Below, piece after piece: positions 17,480 to 26,202 of a stretch of 64,000 nucleotides of DNA. The position numbers and the translations under genes are program-made. The notes under the pieces are model-generated. The model saw nothing but the letters and a program-made list of their open reading frames with translations, did not search any database and was not told the origin of the DNA. Every line of letters starts with the position of its first letter. Positions within the stretch are counted from its first letter, which is position 1. The stretch is from the IMG/VR virus record IMGVR_UViG_3300027747_004271, positions 3,333 through 67,332 of that record. One strand, written 5' to 3'. The stretch is from a virus.

Positions 17480-18874
17480 TCAGAGAATCTTCGATGCGAG
17501 AGTTGCAAGCTCGGATCTCTCGCCCTTGAGCAGGGTGACATGTCCCGACAGGTCATATTCCTTGAACTTCTCCACGGCATACGTGAGTCCGTTGGTGAAT
17601 GTGTCGACGTGGACGTTGTCGATCTGTTCGATGTCGCCCGTGAGGATGATCTTCGAACCCTCACCGGCTCGAGTGACGATCGTCTTCAGCTCGTGCAGTG
17701 TGAGATTCTGCGCCTCATCGATGATGATGAAAGCATTCGGTATGGATCGCCCTCGAATGAAAGAGATCGCCTCGATCTCGATGAGACCCTTCTGTTGCAT
17801 GAGGTCCAAGTAGGGATCCTTAAAACCTCCCGTGGAAGACCCGTCCTCTGACTTCTTTCTTCGGGCTGTCGCCTTCTTTCCGACCGAAGAGCCGAGGAGG
17901 AATTCGAGGTTGTCTCGAATCGGAGAGATCCAGGGTTCCATCTTTTCCTGAAGGGTACCCGGCAAGAATCCGATGTCTTTTCCTACGGGCTGTACAGGTC
18001 TCGACACTATCAACTTCTGATACGTCTTCTTTGACCCGATGGTGTCGAGCTGTTCTAGGCCGGCCGCGAGAGCGATGAGTGTCTTTCCGCAGCCCGCTCG
18101 ACCCGTGAGAGTCAGAAGCTTGATGCTGGGGTCCATCAGGAGTTCGATAGAAAATGACTGTTCTTTGTTCCTAGGCCTTACACCAAAGATATCGTCGTAT
18201 TTCTTGAGATGACTCAGGGTACCACCGGGATGTATCCGAGTGAGGGCCGACTTGGTGGTGTTGCCTTCCTCGTCTACGGACTTGAGGACGAGTATCTGGT
18301 TCGGATACGTCGGCTCCTTCGTCACTTCTGCGGCAGTGTACGTCCCGCCGCAGTAGAAGTCGTCCACGAGACTCTCTTCCGTCAAGATCACACGGACTCC
18401 CGTGTAGAGCGTCTCCATGCTGTCCGAGACCCTCAACGACAGATAGTCTTGAGCCTCGATGCCAAGAGAAGAGCACTTCACCCTGACGTTGATGTCCTTG
18501 GAGACGAGGATCGCGTCTGGGCACTCCTCTTTCTTCAGCTTCAACACGAAACCGATGATCATGTTGTCGACGGAAGATCCCTGGACGAGTTCGGGCGGTA
18601 GCAACTCGTTGTATCCGTTGGCCGATGCGAGGATCCTCAGCTTACCGCCGCCGGGTAGTTCCACACCTTCCTTGAAGCTCTTGTCTTCTCCGAGCTTGTC
18701 CAGCAACCTGCTGACTTCTCGGCAGTTCCTTCCCACTTCGTCGGATCTGCCCTTGTGTCGATCCAGCTCTTCCAGGACAAGGATGGGAACTATGAGATCG
18801 TTGTCTTGAAAGTTCTGAAAACAGTTAGGATCACTCAAGAGAACGTTGGTGTCGAGAATGTAGGTCTTTTTCAT
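17480..18874 (-). CDS. phoH: PIN-domain PhoH-family ATPase (PhoH2/YlaK type)
   Basis: PIN motif YILDTNVLL...VLEELD...DN; Walker A GRAGCGKT; DIGFLPG, FIRGRS, IIDEAQN, GDIEQID. Start set at MKKTY. Confidence 0.92.
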   Translation of the reverse strand: MKKTYILDTNVLLSDPNCFQNFQDNDLIVPILVLEELDRHKGRSDEVGRNCREVSRLLDKLGEDKSFKEGVELPGGGKLRILASANGYNELLPPELVQGSSVDNMIIGFVLKLKKEECPDAILVSKDINVRVKCSSLGIEAQDYLSLRVSDSMETLYTGVRVILTEESLVDDFYCGGTYTAAEVTKEPTYPNQILVLKSVDEEGNTTKSALTRIHPGGTLSHLKKYDDIFGVRPRNKEQSFSIELLMDPSIKLLTLTGRAGCGKTLIALAAGLEQLDTIGSKKTYQKLIVSRPVQPVGKDIGFLPGTLQEKMEPWISPIRDNLEFLLGSSVGKKATARRKKSEDGSSTGGFKDPYLDLMQQKGLIEIEAISFIRGRSIPNAFIIIDEAQNLTLHELKTIVTRAGEGSKIILTGDIEQIDNVHVDTFTNGLTYAVEKFKEYDLSGHVTLLKGERSELATLASKIL

Positions 18875-18936
18875 TGTTTCCTGGTGTTGCGTCTTATACA
18901 ATTTGAGATCGACGCCAAAATATCTTACACAGAACT

Positions 18937-19212
18937 ATGAGTAACCTCCTAGAGAAAAAGACAAACAGACTCACCGTACTGAAGGACTCAACTTGCTACG
19001 AAGCAGTAGACAAGCATGAATGCCCTTGTCAAAGGAAGACTTGCAAGCAGTGGATTGACTTTTCATGCGGTAAGAACTGCATGTTGGTCGCCACACAGGG
19101 CGGTCCACTGACGCTCAACGAGATTGGAAAGATCTACGGTCTTACGAGAATGAGGATCTGTCAGATAGAGAAGAGCATCTATCAGAAGATCCGTGCGTTC
19201 ATTCGGCAGTGA
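18937..19212 (+). CDS. Small Cys-rich protein with sigma-70 region-4 HTH
   Basis: LTLNEIGKIYGLTRMRICQIEKSIYQKIR matches the region 4.2 pattern TL.EIG..+G+TRERIRQIE; six Cys in the N-terminal half. Confidence 0.75.
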   Translation: MSNLLEKKTNRLTVLKDSTCYEAVDKHECPCQRKTCKQWIDFSCGKNCMLVATQGGPLTLNEIGKIYGLTRMRICQIEKSIYQKIRAFIRQ

Positions 19213-19537
19213 CCGCTTTCTTCTTCTTGCCTGCGGGAGGAGGCGGCGGAAGCGGAGCTTCTACTGCCTTTTCTTCGACGACGGCAGCTGCTTGTGCTTC
19301 TTGGACAGGCTCTTCTACGACGACGGCGGGTTGCTCAACTTGGACGACCGTAGGAGGGACTTCTTGCTTTGCTTCTACACGCTTCTCTTCGGGTGCACGC
19401 CTTGCGAATTTGACTTCTTCTTGGTTTTCGGTAGGCTTCTTCGCGATGAGCTCTCCGTTTTTTCCTGAAACGTAGGCAACTTTCGGGTCTAGGCCTTGGG
19501 CCGCTATCTGTCTTCTGATTACTGTATGTGATCTCAT
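19199..19537 (-). CDS. Hypothetical protein with low-complexity E/V/A/P-rich C-terminus
   Basis: ORF with GAGG RBS upstream, between the terminator and the convergent sigma-4 gene. Confidence 0.55.
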   Translation of the reverse strand: MRSHTVIRRQIAAQGLDPKVAYVSGKNGELIAKKPTENQEEVKFARRAPEEKRVEAKQEVPPTVVQVEQPAVVVEEPVQEAQAAAVVEEKAVEAPLPPPPPAGKKKKAVTAE

Positions 19538-19558
19538 GGTTCCTCTTACATAGGTGCT

Positions 19559-19601
19559 AAAAGCAAAAAGGGTGGCTCCCTCATTTGAGGAGACACCCTT
19601 T
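19559..19601 (-). terminator. Rho-independent terminator downstream of the Hc1-like gene
   Basis: Stem AAAGGGTG(19567-74)...CACCCTTT(19594-601) with inner CTC/CTCA-TGAG/GAG pairing, followed by T-runs on the minus strand. Confidence 0.7.
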
Positions 19602-19612
19602 CTACTGTGGAA

Positions 19613-19819
19613 TCAGTCCTTGCTGTCCTTGGATGCCTTGTCTGTCTCAAGGGTCAACTTTACGAACTCCTTTGCGAGCGTCTGTAGCTGTCGAAGGCCC
19701 TTGCGTGTGCGGACTCCAGCTGCTGCAACGCCCTTAGCGTTCTTTGCGACGTCGACCTCGAGAGCCTCGACCAGTGCCTTCAGCTCACTCCACTTGGATA
19801 AAACGGGACTATCACTCAT
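19613..19819 (-). CDS. Histone H1-like protein, Hc1 family
   Basis: LKALVEALEVDVAKNAKGVAAAGVRTRKGLRQLQTLAKEF resembles the Hc1 core (D..K..KGN.AAG.R.RK...L....KEF); AGGAGG RBS upstream. Confidence 0.7.
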   Translation of the reverse strand: MSDSPVLSKWSELKALVEALEVDVAKNAKGVAAAGVRTRKGLRQLQTLAKEFVKLTLETDKASKDSKD

Positions 19820-19873
19820 TGGTAGATGTAACCTCCTGACCCAGAATATATGGTCATGTCTCGGAAAGTAAAC

Positions 19874-21523
19874 CTACGACACGAAGGATGACCTAAAGTC
19901 TTCAGGGAACATCTGACGATTTCTGGAGTAGAACTTTTCCCAGTCAGCGTCGAGGATGTAGGAAACGGCGTGGTCCTTTTCGTTGCGAATGGAACGACCA
20001 AAGGACTGAATGATGGACTTGGCAGTGGTGTACGGATACCACATCTTGTTCCTCTCCATCCGCTTCTTCACGACGAGGTCGCCGAGGTAGGGAAACGGAA
20101 CTTTGCACAAGATCTGGAATCTTGATGCCTCGTCGGCCAAGTCCACGCCTTCCATCATCGATGGTGACAATAGGACGGTGGGTTCCTTGGAATCGTAGTG
20201 TTTCTTCAAGACTTCGTCCCGGTTGGAAGAATCATGCGTCAAGAGCCGACCGGTCTTCAAGTTCTCCACGAGGTACTTGGCCACTCTGTAGTTGGTGGTG
20301 TGGATGATTCCCTTTTCTTCAGGGTGCTTCTCCAGTATCATCCTGACTGCCTCGACCATGACAGGTAGCGTCTTGTCGATGGAATCTTTTGCCATCGAGC
20401 CTACGGGTACGAAGTGGATGGGTCGATTTTCGACCGGAAAGGGAGACGCAATACGAAGATATGCCACTTCAGTCGGGTCTAGACCGATGGACGTGCAGAA
20501 GACGTCTTTGTCTACAACCGTCGCCGACATCATCAAGAGACGGTCTCCTGACTTGAAGAGGACTTTGCTGTACTGCGACAAGTCGACGGGCTTGAACTCG
20601 AACTTTCTTGCGCCTCTCTTGTTGCCTTCCTGTGGATAGGCCACGTTCATCGCCCAGTTGTCTTCTTTGTAGATCTCGATGAACTGATCTACTTTGCCCG
20701 TGTGCTTCTCGAGCATCTCGTACTGCTTCGAGTACTCACCGTATCCCTCAGTAGCATCAGAGATCTTCACCAAATTCTTCTCGAGGTCGCGGACGTACTT
20801 ATTGAGAGATTTGCGATACGTCGACCTGACCCAGTCAAACACTGCGATCTGCGAGTCCAGACGTGGCATCTTGCACTTGAGAACGTCTCTCGCGAACTTC
20901 TCAGAGAAAGAGACCTCAATGAACTTACCTAGTTCGCCCTCAGTGTTGTGACACTCGTCCACGACCAACATCGAACGAGGTGTAAGCTTTCCTGAATACG
21001 TGGTCTCCGCCAAGAAATAGGAGAAATTGGTGATAGATAACGGTGACTCGATAAAGTCTTGTTTTTCTAGAGAATACGTGCAGTTATCCTTGCACTGCTT
21101 CTCGAACTCCGTACCCTTCAGCTGCTTTCCGAGCTTGGAGAGCACTCGTTTCGACTCAGCACAAGACTGATCTGTGTAGAACTTGCACTTGTAGTTGGAG
21201 GATGACTTGATGGTCCGCAGGAGTCCTTTCCCGCTTCGAGGACCGAAGTCATCCATGTACTGTTCTTGCAAGATCTTCTGTGTGGTGATGACGTAGGCGC
21301 CGCTCAGCGGCATTCCGTCTTCGTCCTTGACGACGGCGCCGTGAGCGTCCATGTAACGTGCAATGGTGATACCCGTGGCCGACTTACCCGTTCCTGTCCC
21401 CATCTCTAGGAGTACGGCTTTCTTTCCTGACTCGTATGCGTCAATTGCAAACTCAATTGCTCTCCTCTGCTCGGGTCTGATCTTCGAGAAGGGAAAGTAC
21501 CTCACATAGTCATGAAGGGGCAT
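19874..21523 (-). CDS. DinG/Rad3-like superfamily 2 helicase (helicase C2), putative Fe-S
   Basis: Q motif RPEQ, Walker A GTGTGKS, VDECH, MSAT, MEGVDL, KVPFP, QSFGRSIR; four Cys cluster. Start set at MPLHD. Confidence 0.88.
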   Translation of the reverse strand: MPLHDYVRYFPFSKIRPEQRRAIEFAIDAYESGKKAVLLEMGTGTGKSATGITIARYMDAHGAVVKDEDGMPLSGAYVITTQKILQEQYMDDFGPRSGKGLLRTIKSSSNYKCKFYTDQSCAESKRVLSKLGKQLKGTEFEKQCKDNCTYSLEKQDFIESPLSITNFSYFLAETTYSGKLTPRSMLVVDECHNTEGELGKFIEVSFSEKFARDVLKCKMPRLDSQIAVFDWVRSTYRKSLNKYVRDLEKNLVKISDATEGYGEYSKQYEMLEKHTGKVDQFIEIYKEDNWAMNVAYPQEGNKRGARKFEFKPVDLSQYSKVLFKSGDRLLMMSATVVDKDVFCTSIGLDPTEVAYLRIASPFPVENRPIHFVPVGSMAKDSIDKTLPVMVEAVRMILEKHPEEKGIIHTTNYRVAKYLVENLKTGRLLTHDSSNRDEVLKKHYDSKEPTVLLSPSMMEGVDLADEASRFQILCKVPFPYLGDLVVKKRMERNKMWYPYTTAKSIIQSFGRSIRNEKDHAVSYILDADWEKFYSRNRQMFPEDFRSSFVS

Positions 21524-21530
21524 GGATCCA

Positions 21531-21560
21531 ATCCTATACTTGGACCAAGCAAATTTGCAA
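21531..21560 (-). promoter_or_regulatory. Putative sigma70-type promoter (TTGCAA-18nt-TAGGAT) for the helicase
   Basis: -35/-10-like hexamers in the short intergenic gap; the -10 lies 7 nt from ATG. Confidence 0.35.
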
Positions 21561-21573
21561 AGTATCAGTAGAC

Positions 21574-22830
21574 TTATTTCTTGTCGAACTTCTTGTGAAC
21601 GCCTTCGATGTCTACGTTGTATTTCTTGGCCAGCGTCATTGACTTGAGACGAACAATGTTGTACCAAGACATCAGCTTCTTCGCATGATCCTCGGGAACG
21701 TAGTCCTTTCGAGCCATCTTTCCAAGCGAAGGATCACCTATCATAGTCTTGGTGAATCTGGTGATGACTTGTCCGAAGAGTTGCAGCGGTGTCGTCAGAT
21801 CTTCCTTTTTCACTTTTGCATTTCTACCGATCACGTTCTTCAGAGACGAAAAGAACTCTTCCTGGACGGTTCTTGGGAGCATCGTTGGTTCGTTGCCTCC
21901 GATCTCGTCGACGAGATCAGGAAATCTCTGGGCGATGATCGACTCGTCAAACTGAGACCCGTAGCGATTCAAGAAGTCGCGGACGACGTCTAGAGTAGGC
22001 TTGGGTTTCTTGTCTAAGCGATTCGTAATGGACTGAACGATGAGTGAGTCTGGGCCGCCGACGCGTTTGGCTTGCTCAGGATTCGACTGAATCCAATAGA
22101 CCATTATCTCGTAAAGATTGTCATTGATCTCAGGCCTGTCGATGTCTCTTCCTTGGTACTTAAAGCGCTTGTAAGCACCCTTCATTGTAGACTCATGTGC
22201 AAGTGCATGTATGACATCACCTGCATAAGGCTGGTCGATGTAGTCATCTGCCGTCAGCGTGGCCAAGTTGTTGGGAAGAAACTTCTTTGCATAGAAGCCG
22301 CCCGTCTCGAAGATCTCGTCATACTTCTTGATGATGAAGTCCACGAGTTCATCATTGTATGCTTTCTCTTCTTTAGTCTCAGGCGGGCGGAGCATACCAT
22401 AGTTTCCAAAGGGAGTGATCTTATCGAGATACTTTTCTCCTGTTGCAAATTCTGGAGTGCTCTTGGAGATCTCTGAGATCACGCTCCTGATGAAACGTCT
22501 CAGAGGAAAGAGTCGATTTTCTGTTTGTCTGCTCACGTCGGTGATCCAATCAGGTGGTATTTCACCTAAGTATTGGACGTCTCCCGGCTTTGCAAAGCTA
22601 GTTTTTCTCGGGATGACGTTGGTGACTTGAGAGTCTGGTATGCTTACTCGAAGGACTGCAGGTTGATCTCCTGACGTCTTATGAGCATTCTCAGCCCAGT
22701 ACAAAGCTGTTCTATAGTCCCTGGAGAGAAATACACCTGGTTTCTCTGCTCCCCAACCGAACCCTATCAGAAGACCGGTCCTAAGAATGCTATCGACGTT
22801 TCGTGATAGGGTTCCGTGGTAGTAGATCAT
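21574..22830 (-). CDS. Two-domain protein: N-terminal ADP-ribosyltransferase-like (Tpt1/KptA-like fold) domain + unknown C-terminal domain
   Basis: YYHGT...SILRTGL...GVFLSRD..TALYWA...VLRV...YLGEIPPDWI is typical of ART-fold NAD-using domains. Confidence 0.6.
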   Translation of the reverse strand: MIYYHGTLSRNVDSILRTGLLIGFGWGAEKPGVFLSRDYRTALYWAENAHKTSGDQPAVLRVSIPDSQVTNVIPRKTSFAKPGDVQYLGEIPPDWITDVSRQTENRLFPLRRFIRSVISEISKSTPEFATGEKYLDKITPFGNYGMLRPPETKEEKAYNDELVDFIIKKYDEIFETGGFYAKKFLPNNLATLTADDYIDQPYAGDVIHALAHESTMKGAYKRFKYQGRDIDRPEINDNLYEIMVYWIQSNPEQAKRVGGPDSLIVQSITNRLDKKPKPTLDVVRDFLNRYGSQFDESIIAQRFPDLVDEIGGNEPTMLPRTVQEEFFSSLKNVIGRNAKVKKEDLTTPLQLFGQVITRFTKTMIGDPSLGKMARKDYVPEDHAKKLMSWYNIVRLKSMTLAKKYNVDIEGVHKKFDKK

Positions 22831-22851
22831 GTCAACAAGTACGTATTCAGA

Positions 22852-23454
22852 TCAGGTGATATCTCCAATGATCTTGTCGACGATCCCCATCTTTACTGCC
22901 TGGTCTGGGAGGAGATAGTAGTCGTGTCCTGACGACATGATCTTCTCGATCTGTGACTTCGTCGACTTTGTCTCTTTGACGATTGCGTCCACCATCTGAT
23001 CCTGTAGGCGCTTGTGTTCTTTCGTGTCATTGAGGACTTCGAACACGTTTCCCATGACTCCGCCCGAGACAGGATGGATCATGATCCTTGCTGACTTTCC
23101 AATCATTCTGTGCCCCTTCGTGCCGCTCGCCAGAAGCAACACGCCTGCGGACATTACTTTTCCAAGAGCGATTGTATGGACAGGGCAAGGAAGGAACTTG
23201 ATTGTGTCGTACAACGTGAACATCTCGTCTACTGATCCGCCGTACGTAGAGATGACGAGATGGATCGGATTGTGATTGATGGAAGCCAAGTGAAGTAGCT
23301 GTGCGACGACGAGAGAGATCGAAGACTCGTTGACGTCTCCGTGCAAGACGACGAGGCGAGACGACTCTCCTGGTTGTACTGCGATCGTGGGTCCGGACTC
23401 GTCAGAGTTCTTCTTTGCCACAGCACCGGACTTATTGCTTACTGATCTACCCAT
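22852..23454 (-). CDS. clpP: ClpP-family serine protease
   Basis: ISTYGGSV, GKVMSAG (Ser), RIMIHP (His), HDYYL (Asp), AVKMGIVDKI. Start set at MGRSV. Confidence 0.88.
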   Translation of the reverse strand: MGRSVSNKSGAVAKKNSDESGPTIAVQPGESSRLVVLHGDVNESSISLVVAQLLHLASINHNPIHLVISTYGGSVDEMFTLYDTIKFLPCPVHTIALGKVMSAGVLLLASGTKGHRMIGKSARIMIHPVSGGVMGNVFEVLNDTKEHKRLQDQMVDAIVKETKSTKSQIEKIMSSGHDYYLLPDQAVKMGIVDKIIGDIT

Positions 23455-23710
23455 TTTCTGTCTCCTCGTCAGAACCATACATCCTCGAGATGAAGAGGTC
23501 ACTGCCCTTCGTCTCTCTGATGAAGGATGTCAGCGTCTTCATTTCTTCCACGTCTTCTAGTTCAAGGGCCAAGTTGTAAATGACAAGCCATCGTTGTCTG
23601 TCATTGATCTCAAAATGATTGAGTTCCTTGACTATCTCTCTCGCCACATGGCTGTCTTTCGCCAGCTTCTCAGACTGAAGCTGACCGTATATCGTTGCGT
23701 TTTCTGTCAT
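23447..23710 (-). CDS. Hypothetical protein
   Basis: Compact ORF overlapping the clpP start, same strand. Confidence 0.55.
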   Translation of the reverse strand: MTENATIYGQLQSEKLAKDSHVAREIVKELNHFEINDRQRWLVIYNLALELEDVEEMKTLTSFIRETKGSDLFISRMYGSDEETENG

Positions 23711-23713
23711 GTT

Positions 23714-24187
23714 TCACTCCGAAGGAATTACGACGTCTTCTCTCGTGAAAGAGTCGATCTTGAAGAAAGTGTCGCTCATGATGCGGACGTACTTGCCCTG
23801 CTTCACTCCTGCGTCTTCCTCTTGGGCAAGAATCACCACGTTGCCCCACTGTTTGTGCTCGAGTATGAAGGCAGCTTGCTCCCAAGTCGCCAGATCGACG
23901 TTGTTGCGCTCTAAGATGTTCGAAAGATTGGGTGGCATGGAAAGCTTGATGTCGTCGATGCTGACGATGGATGACATGGCTTCCTTGCCTGCTATGATCT
24001 CTGACGTACAAATGTCGGTAACTTTGTGAACGATTCCACAGTTATTGCACTGTGAATACTTCACAGCGACAGAGTCGTCGTCGTTGACCACAGAAAAAAC
24101 CACGAATTGGTGGCTTGGTGGATTAGTTCTGCCCTTGAATTGGGGCAAGACACATCGACACTTGATGAGATGTCTCTGGCCTCTCAT
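23714..24187 (-). CDS. Hypothetical protein with putative Zn-binding Cys (CRC...CNNC...H..C)
   Basis: ORF with ATGA overlap; Cys pattern. Confidence 0.55.
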   Translation of the reverse strand: MRGQRHLIKCRCVLPQFKGRTNPPSHQFVVFSVVNDDDSVAVKYSQCNNCGIVHKVTDICTSEIIAGKEAMSSIVSIDDIKLSMPPNLSNILERNNVDLATWEQAAFILEHKQWGNVVILAQEEDAGVKQGKYVRIMSDTFFKIDSFTREDVVIPSE

Positions 24188-24420
24188 TTCACGGGCTTGG
24201 TGTTGACGTAGTTCTTGACCATCTTCTGGAATGTGGGTACTGCTTTCTGATAGCCCTCTTCCATCGATATGTTGAGAAGCGTCAAGACCTTCTTTAGCTG
24301 AACTTCTGAAAGATCCAGAGAGTTCGTCTTTATCGCCACGAGAAGGTTGTTTGCCGCGGTGTCCTTGGCACTCTCAATCAGAAGCTTTGCGTCTCTTGTG
24401 ATCTTGTCGGTGTTGTTCAT
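24184..24420 (-). CDS. Hypothetical small helical protein
   Basis: Start set at MNNTDK, which avoids overlap with the GroEL-like gene and has GGAG upstream. Confidence 0.5.
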   Translation of the reverse strand: MNNTDKITRDAKLLIESAKDTAANNLLVAIKTNSLDLSEVQLKKVLTLLNISMEEGYQKAVPTFQKMVKNYVNTKPVK

Positions 24421-24457
24421 TCTGGTGCTCCGTGGACCAAACGTAGATCCTTTCGCG

Positions 24458-25585
24458 TCAAAGTAAACAGCTGTGGCCGATGTCTGAGAGAGTTTCGTTG
24501 AAAGCTTTGTGCATCTGAGAAGCAGCTTCTTGAGGATCATACTTCTTGCTGATCGCTGCTGATATGACGCGTATTCCCTCGTCAAGCTGCTGTGACATCG
24601 AGAAGAAGTGTGTGTCGTCAGGTATGCAGATGTCGATGCAAGAAGAAGAGAGTGACTTGAGACGCCGACCCAAAATTTCTGATATGTCTTGCCTTGACTC
24701 GATGGTGTTTTTGAGGTTGTCCACGTGTTCTTTCACGCGGCGGCGAGTCTTCGAATTCTTGAATCTGATCACGTCTCCCGATATCGTTGCACTCTCGACG
24801 GTGCCGAGCTTGGAAATTTCGATCGAAGAAATCAGCTCGCCTTTCGTATTCGAAACCACGTCGGTACCGCAAACCACTGCTATGTCGACCATAGTGTTGA
24901 CGTTTTCCAAGTCGTAAGCGACAACATAAGGATAGACCATGATCGATCTCCTGTCGCTATTGACCTTGATTGTGTGCAAGACGTCGTCTGACATGCCTCT
25001 CACGAACAAGAAGCACGGAACTTTCTTTTCAGACAAGCTAGTAAGAAGATGATGAATCTCAGATACACTTTCAATGAATCCGTCTATGCATGCGACTCTG
25101 GCGTCTACTATGTCCAGGGGTGGGTTCTTCAAAAGTGACTTGAGTTGAAAGCTGTACCCTTCTGTGACGTCTATGTAAGTCTGACTACCAGCAGACTTCT
25201 TTATCGAAAGCTTTGTGGCAGTCGTCGAAGACGACAAAGCAGTCTCGAGAAGAAAGTAGGCTCTTTTTGAGAGTCCTAAAGCGCGGAGTACACTCAGCAA
25301 GTCTTGACGAGTCTTTACAAGCGTCTGTTGAGAACCACTGGTGTCTCCCGCTAGCATTTTGAAGAAAGCAAGGCCACCACCTGGTGAGATTCTCTCTGCT
25401 TTCATTGCGTAAGACAAGATCATCTCATAGACAGCCTGTTGTTGTCTCTCGCTCATCTTGAGCGAGACCATGTGCTGCAAGCCTCTACGAGTCTTGGACG
25501 TCGCAGAGTCCAATGACAGCGACACTTTCAGATTGTCACGTACGAATGATTTTACCGATTCGATGTTCAAGTCGCGATCTTGCAC
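24458..25585 (-). CDS. Degenerate chaperonin (GroEL/Cpn60-like, apical domain retained)
   Basis: IDGFIESVSEIHHLL...PCFLFVRGMSDDVLHTIKVN...MVDIAVVCGTDVVS..KG....LG....RRLKSLS aligns by eye to the GroEL apical/intermediate region; no GDGTTT motif. Confidence 0.65.
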   Translation of the reverse strand: MQDRDLNIESVKSFVRDNLKVSLSLDSATSKTRRGLQHMVSLKMSERQQQAVYEMILSYAMKAERISPGGGLAFFKMLAGDTSGSQQTLVKTRQDLLSVLRALGLSKRAYFLLETALSSSTTATKLSIKKSAGSQTYIDVTEGYSFQLKSLLKNPPLDIVDARVACIDGFIESVSEIHHLLTSLSEKKVPCFLFVRGMSDDVLHTIKVNSDRRSIMVYPYVVAYDLENVNTMVDIAVVCGTDVVSNTKGELISSIEISKLGTVESATISGDVIRFKNSKTRRRVKEHVDNLKNTIESRQDISEILGRRLKSLSSSCIDICIPDDTHFFSMSQQLDEGIRVISAAISKKYDPQEAASQMHKAFNETLSDIGHSCLL

Positions 25586-25621
25586 ATACCAAAACTACTA
25601 TGTACCGCGCGATCGATACAA

Positions 25622-26134
25622 CTATTTGAGCTTGGACTCAAGCCACCCAAAGATGAGAGTGATTATGCCGCCACCTATTGCAACAGCAAACCACTTGAGT
25701 ATGCCTGCTGCATTGTTCTTGTGTCTTACAAGAGTCTCGACCGATTTCTCAAGATTCGCAACTTTTGAACTTGCTTCTGTTACGACTTTCTCGTCTTTGA
25801 TGTCGTCTTTCTCGTGGTTCTTCTTCCAAGAGTCGAGAGCAGCAATGTCCGTTTTTATCTCGTTTAGTCTGACGGTGCTTTCTAGTTTGTGATCTGCCAG
25901 CTGAGAGAATATGCCGTCTTTCGGGTCGTAGATTGCTTCGTGGATCTTGTCGACCTTTGAGACGAGTTGCCCCTGACTCTGCTCTATCTTGTCGATCTTG
26001 AAGAGTAGCGTGTCGAAGCCTCCGTTCAAGGCTGCACTGCTAGAGATTTTTTTGTGAATCTCATCCAAAGTGAGCGACCGCTTCGATGACAAAGAAGCAC
26101 GGAGACTGGCAGGGGGACCTTTTTTCATATACAT
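25622..26134 (-). CDS. Coiled-coil protein with single C-terminal TM helix (holin/XhlA-like?)
   Basis: Heptad-rich body, then ILKWFAVAIGGGIITLIFGWL. Confidence 0.45.
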   Translation of the reverse strand: MYMKKGPPASLRASLSSKRSLTLDEIHKKISSSAALNGGFDTLLFKIDKIEQSQGQLVSKVDKIHEAIYDPKDGIFSQLADHKLESTVRLNEIKTDIAALDSWKKNHEKDDIKDEKVVTEASSKVANLEKSVETLVRHKNNAAGILKWFAVAIGGGIITLIFGWLESKLK

Positions 26135-26202
26135 TTCTCCAACGGTCAGTAGAGTAGAACTATCTTAAATAGCAGTTTAGCTTAAAAGATGAAGGGCTTC
26201 TT

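Noticed and set aside
19874-24585. Extended N-termini in the ORF track for the helicase (21667), ClpP (23502) and 24184..24585
   Set aside because: The extensions overlap upstream genes; downstream Met starts fit the gene packing better.
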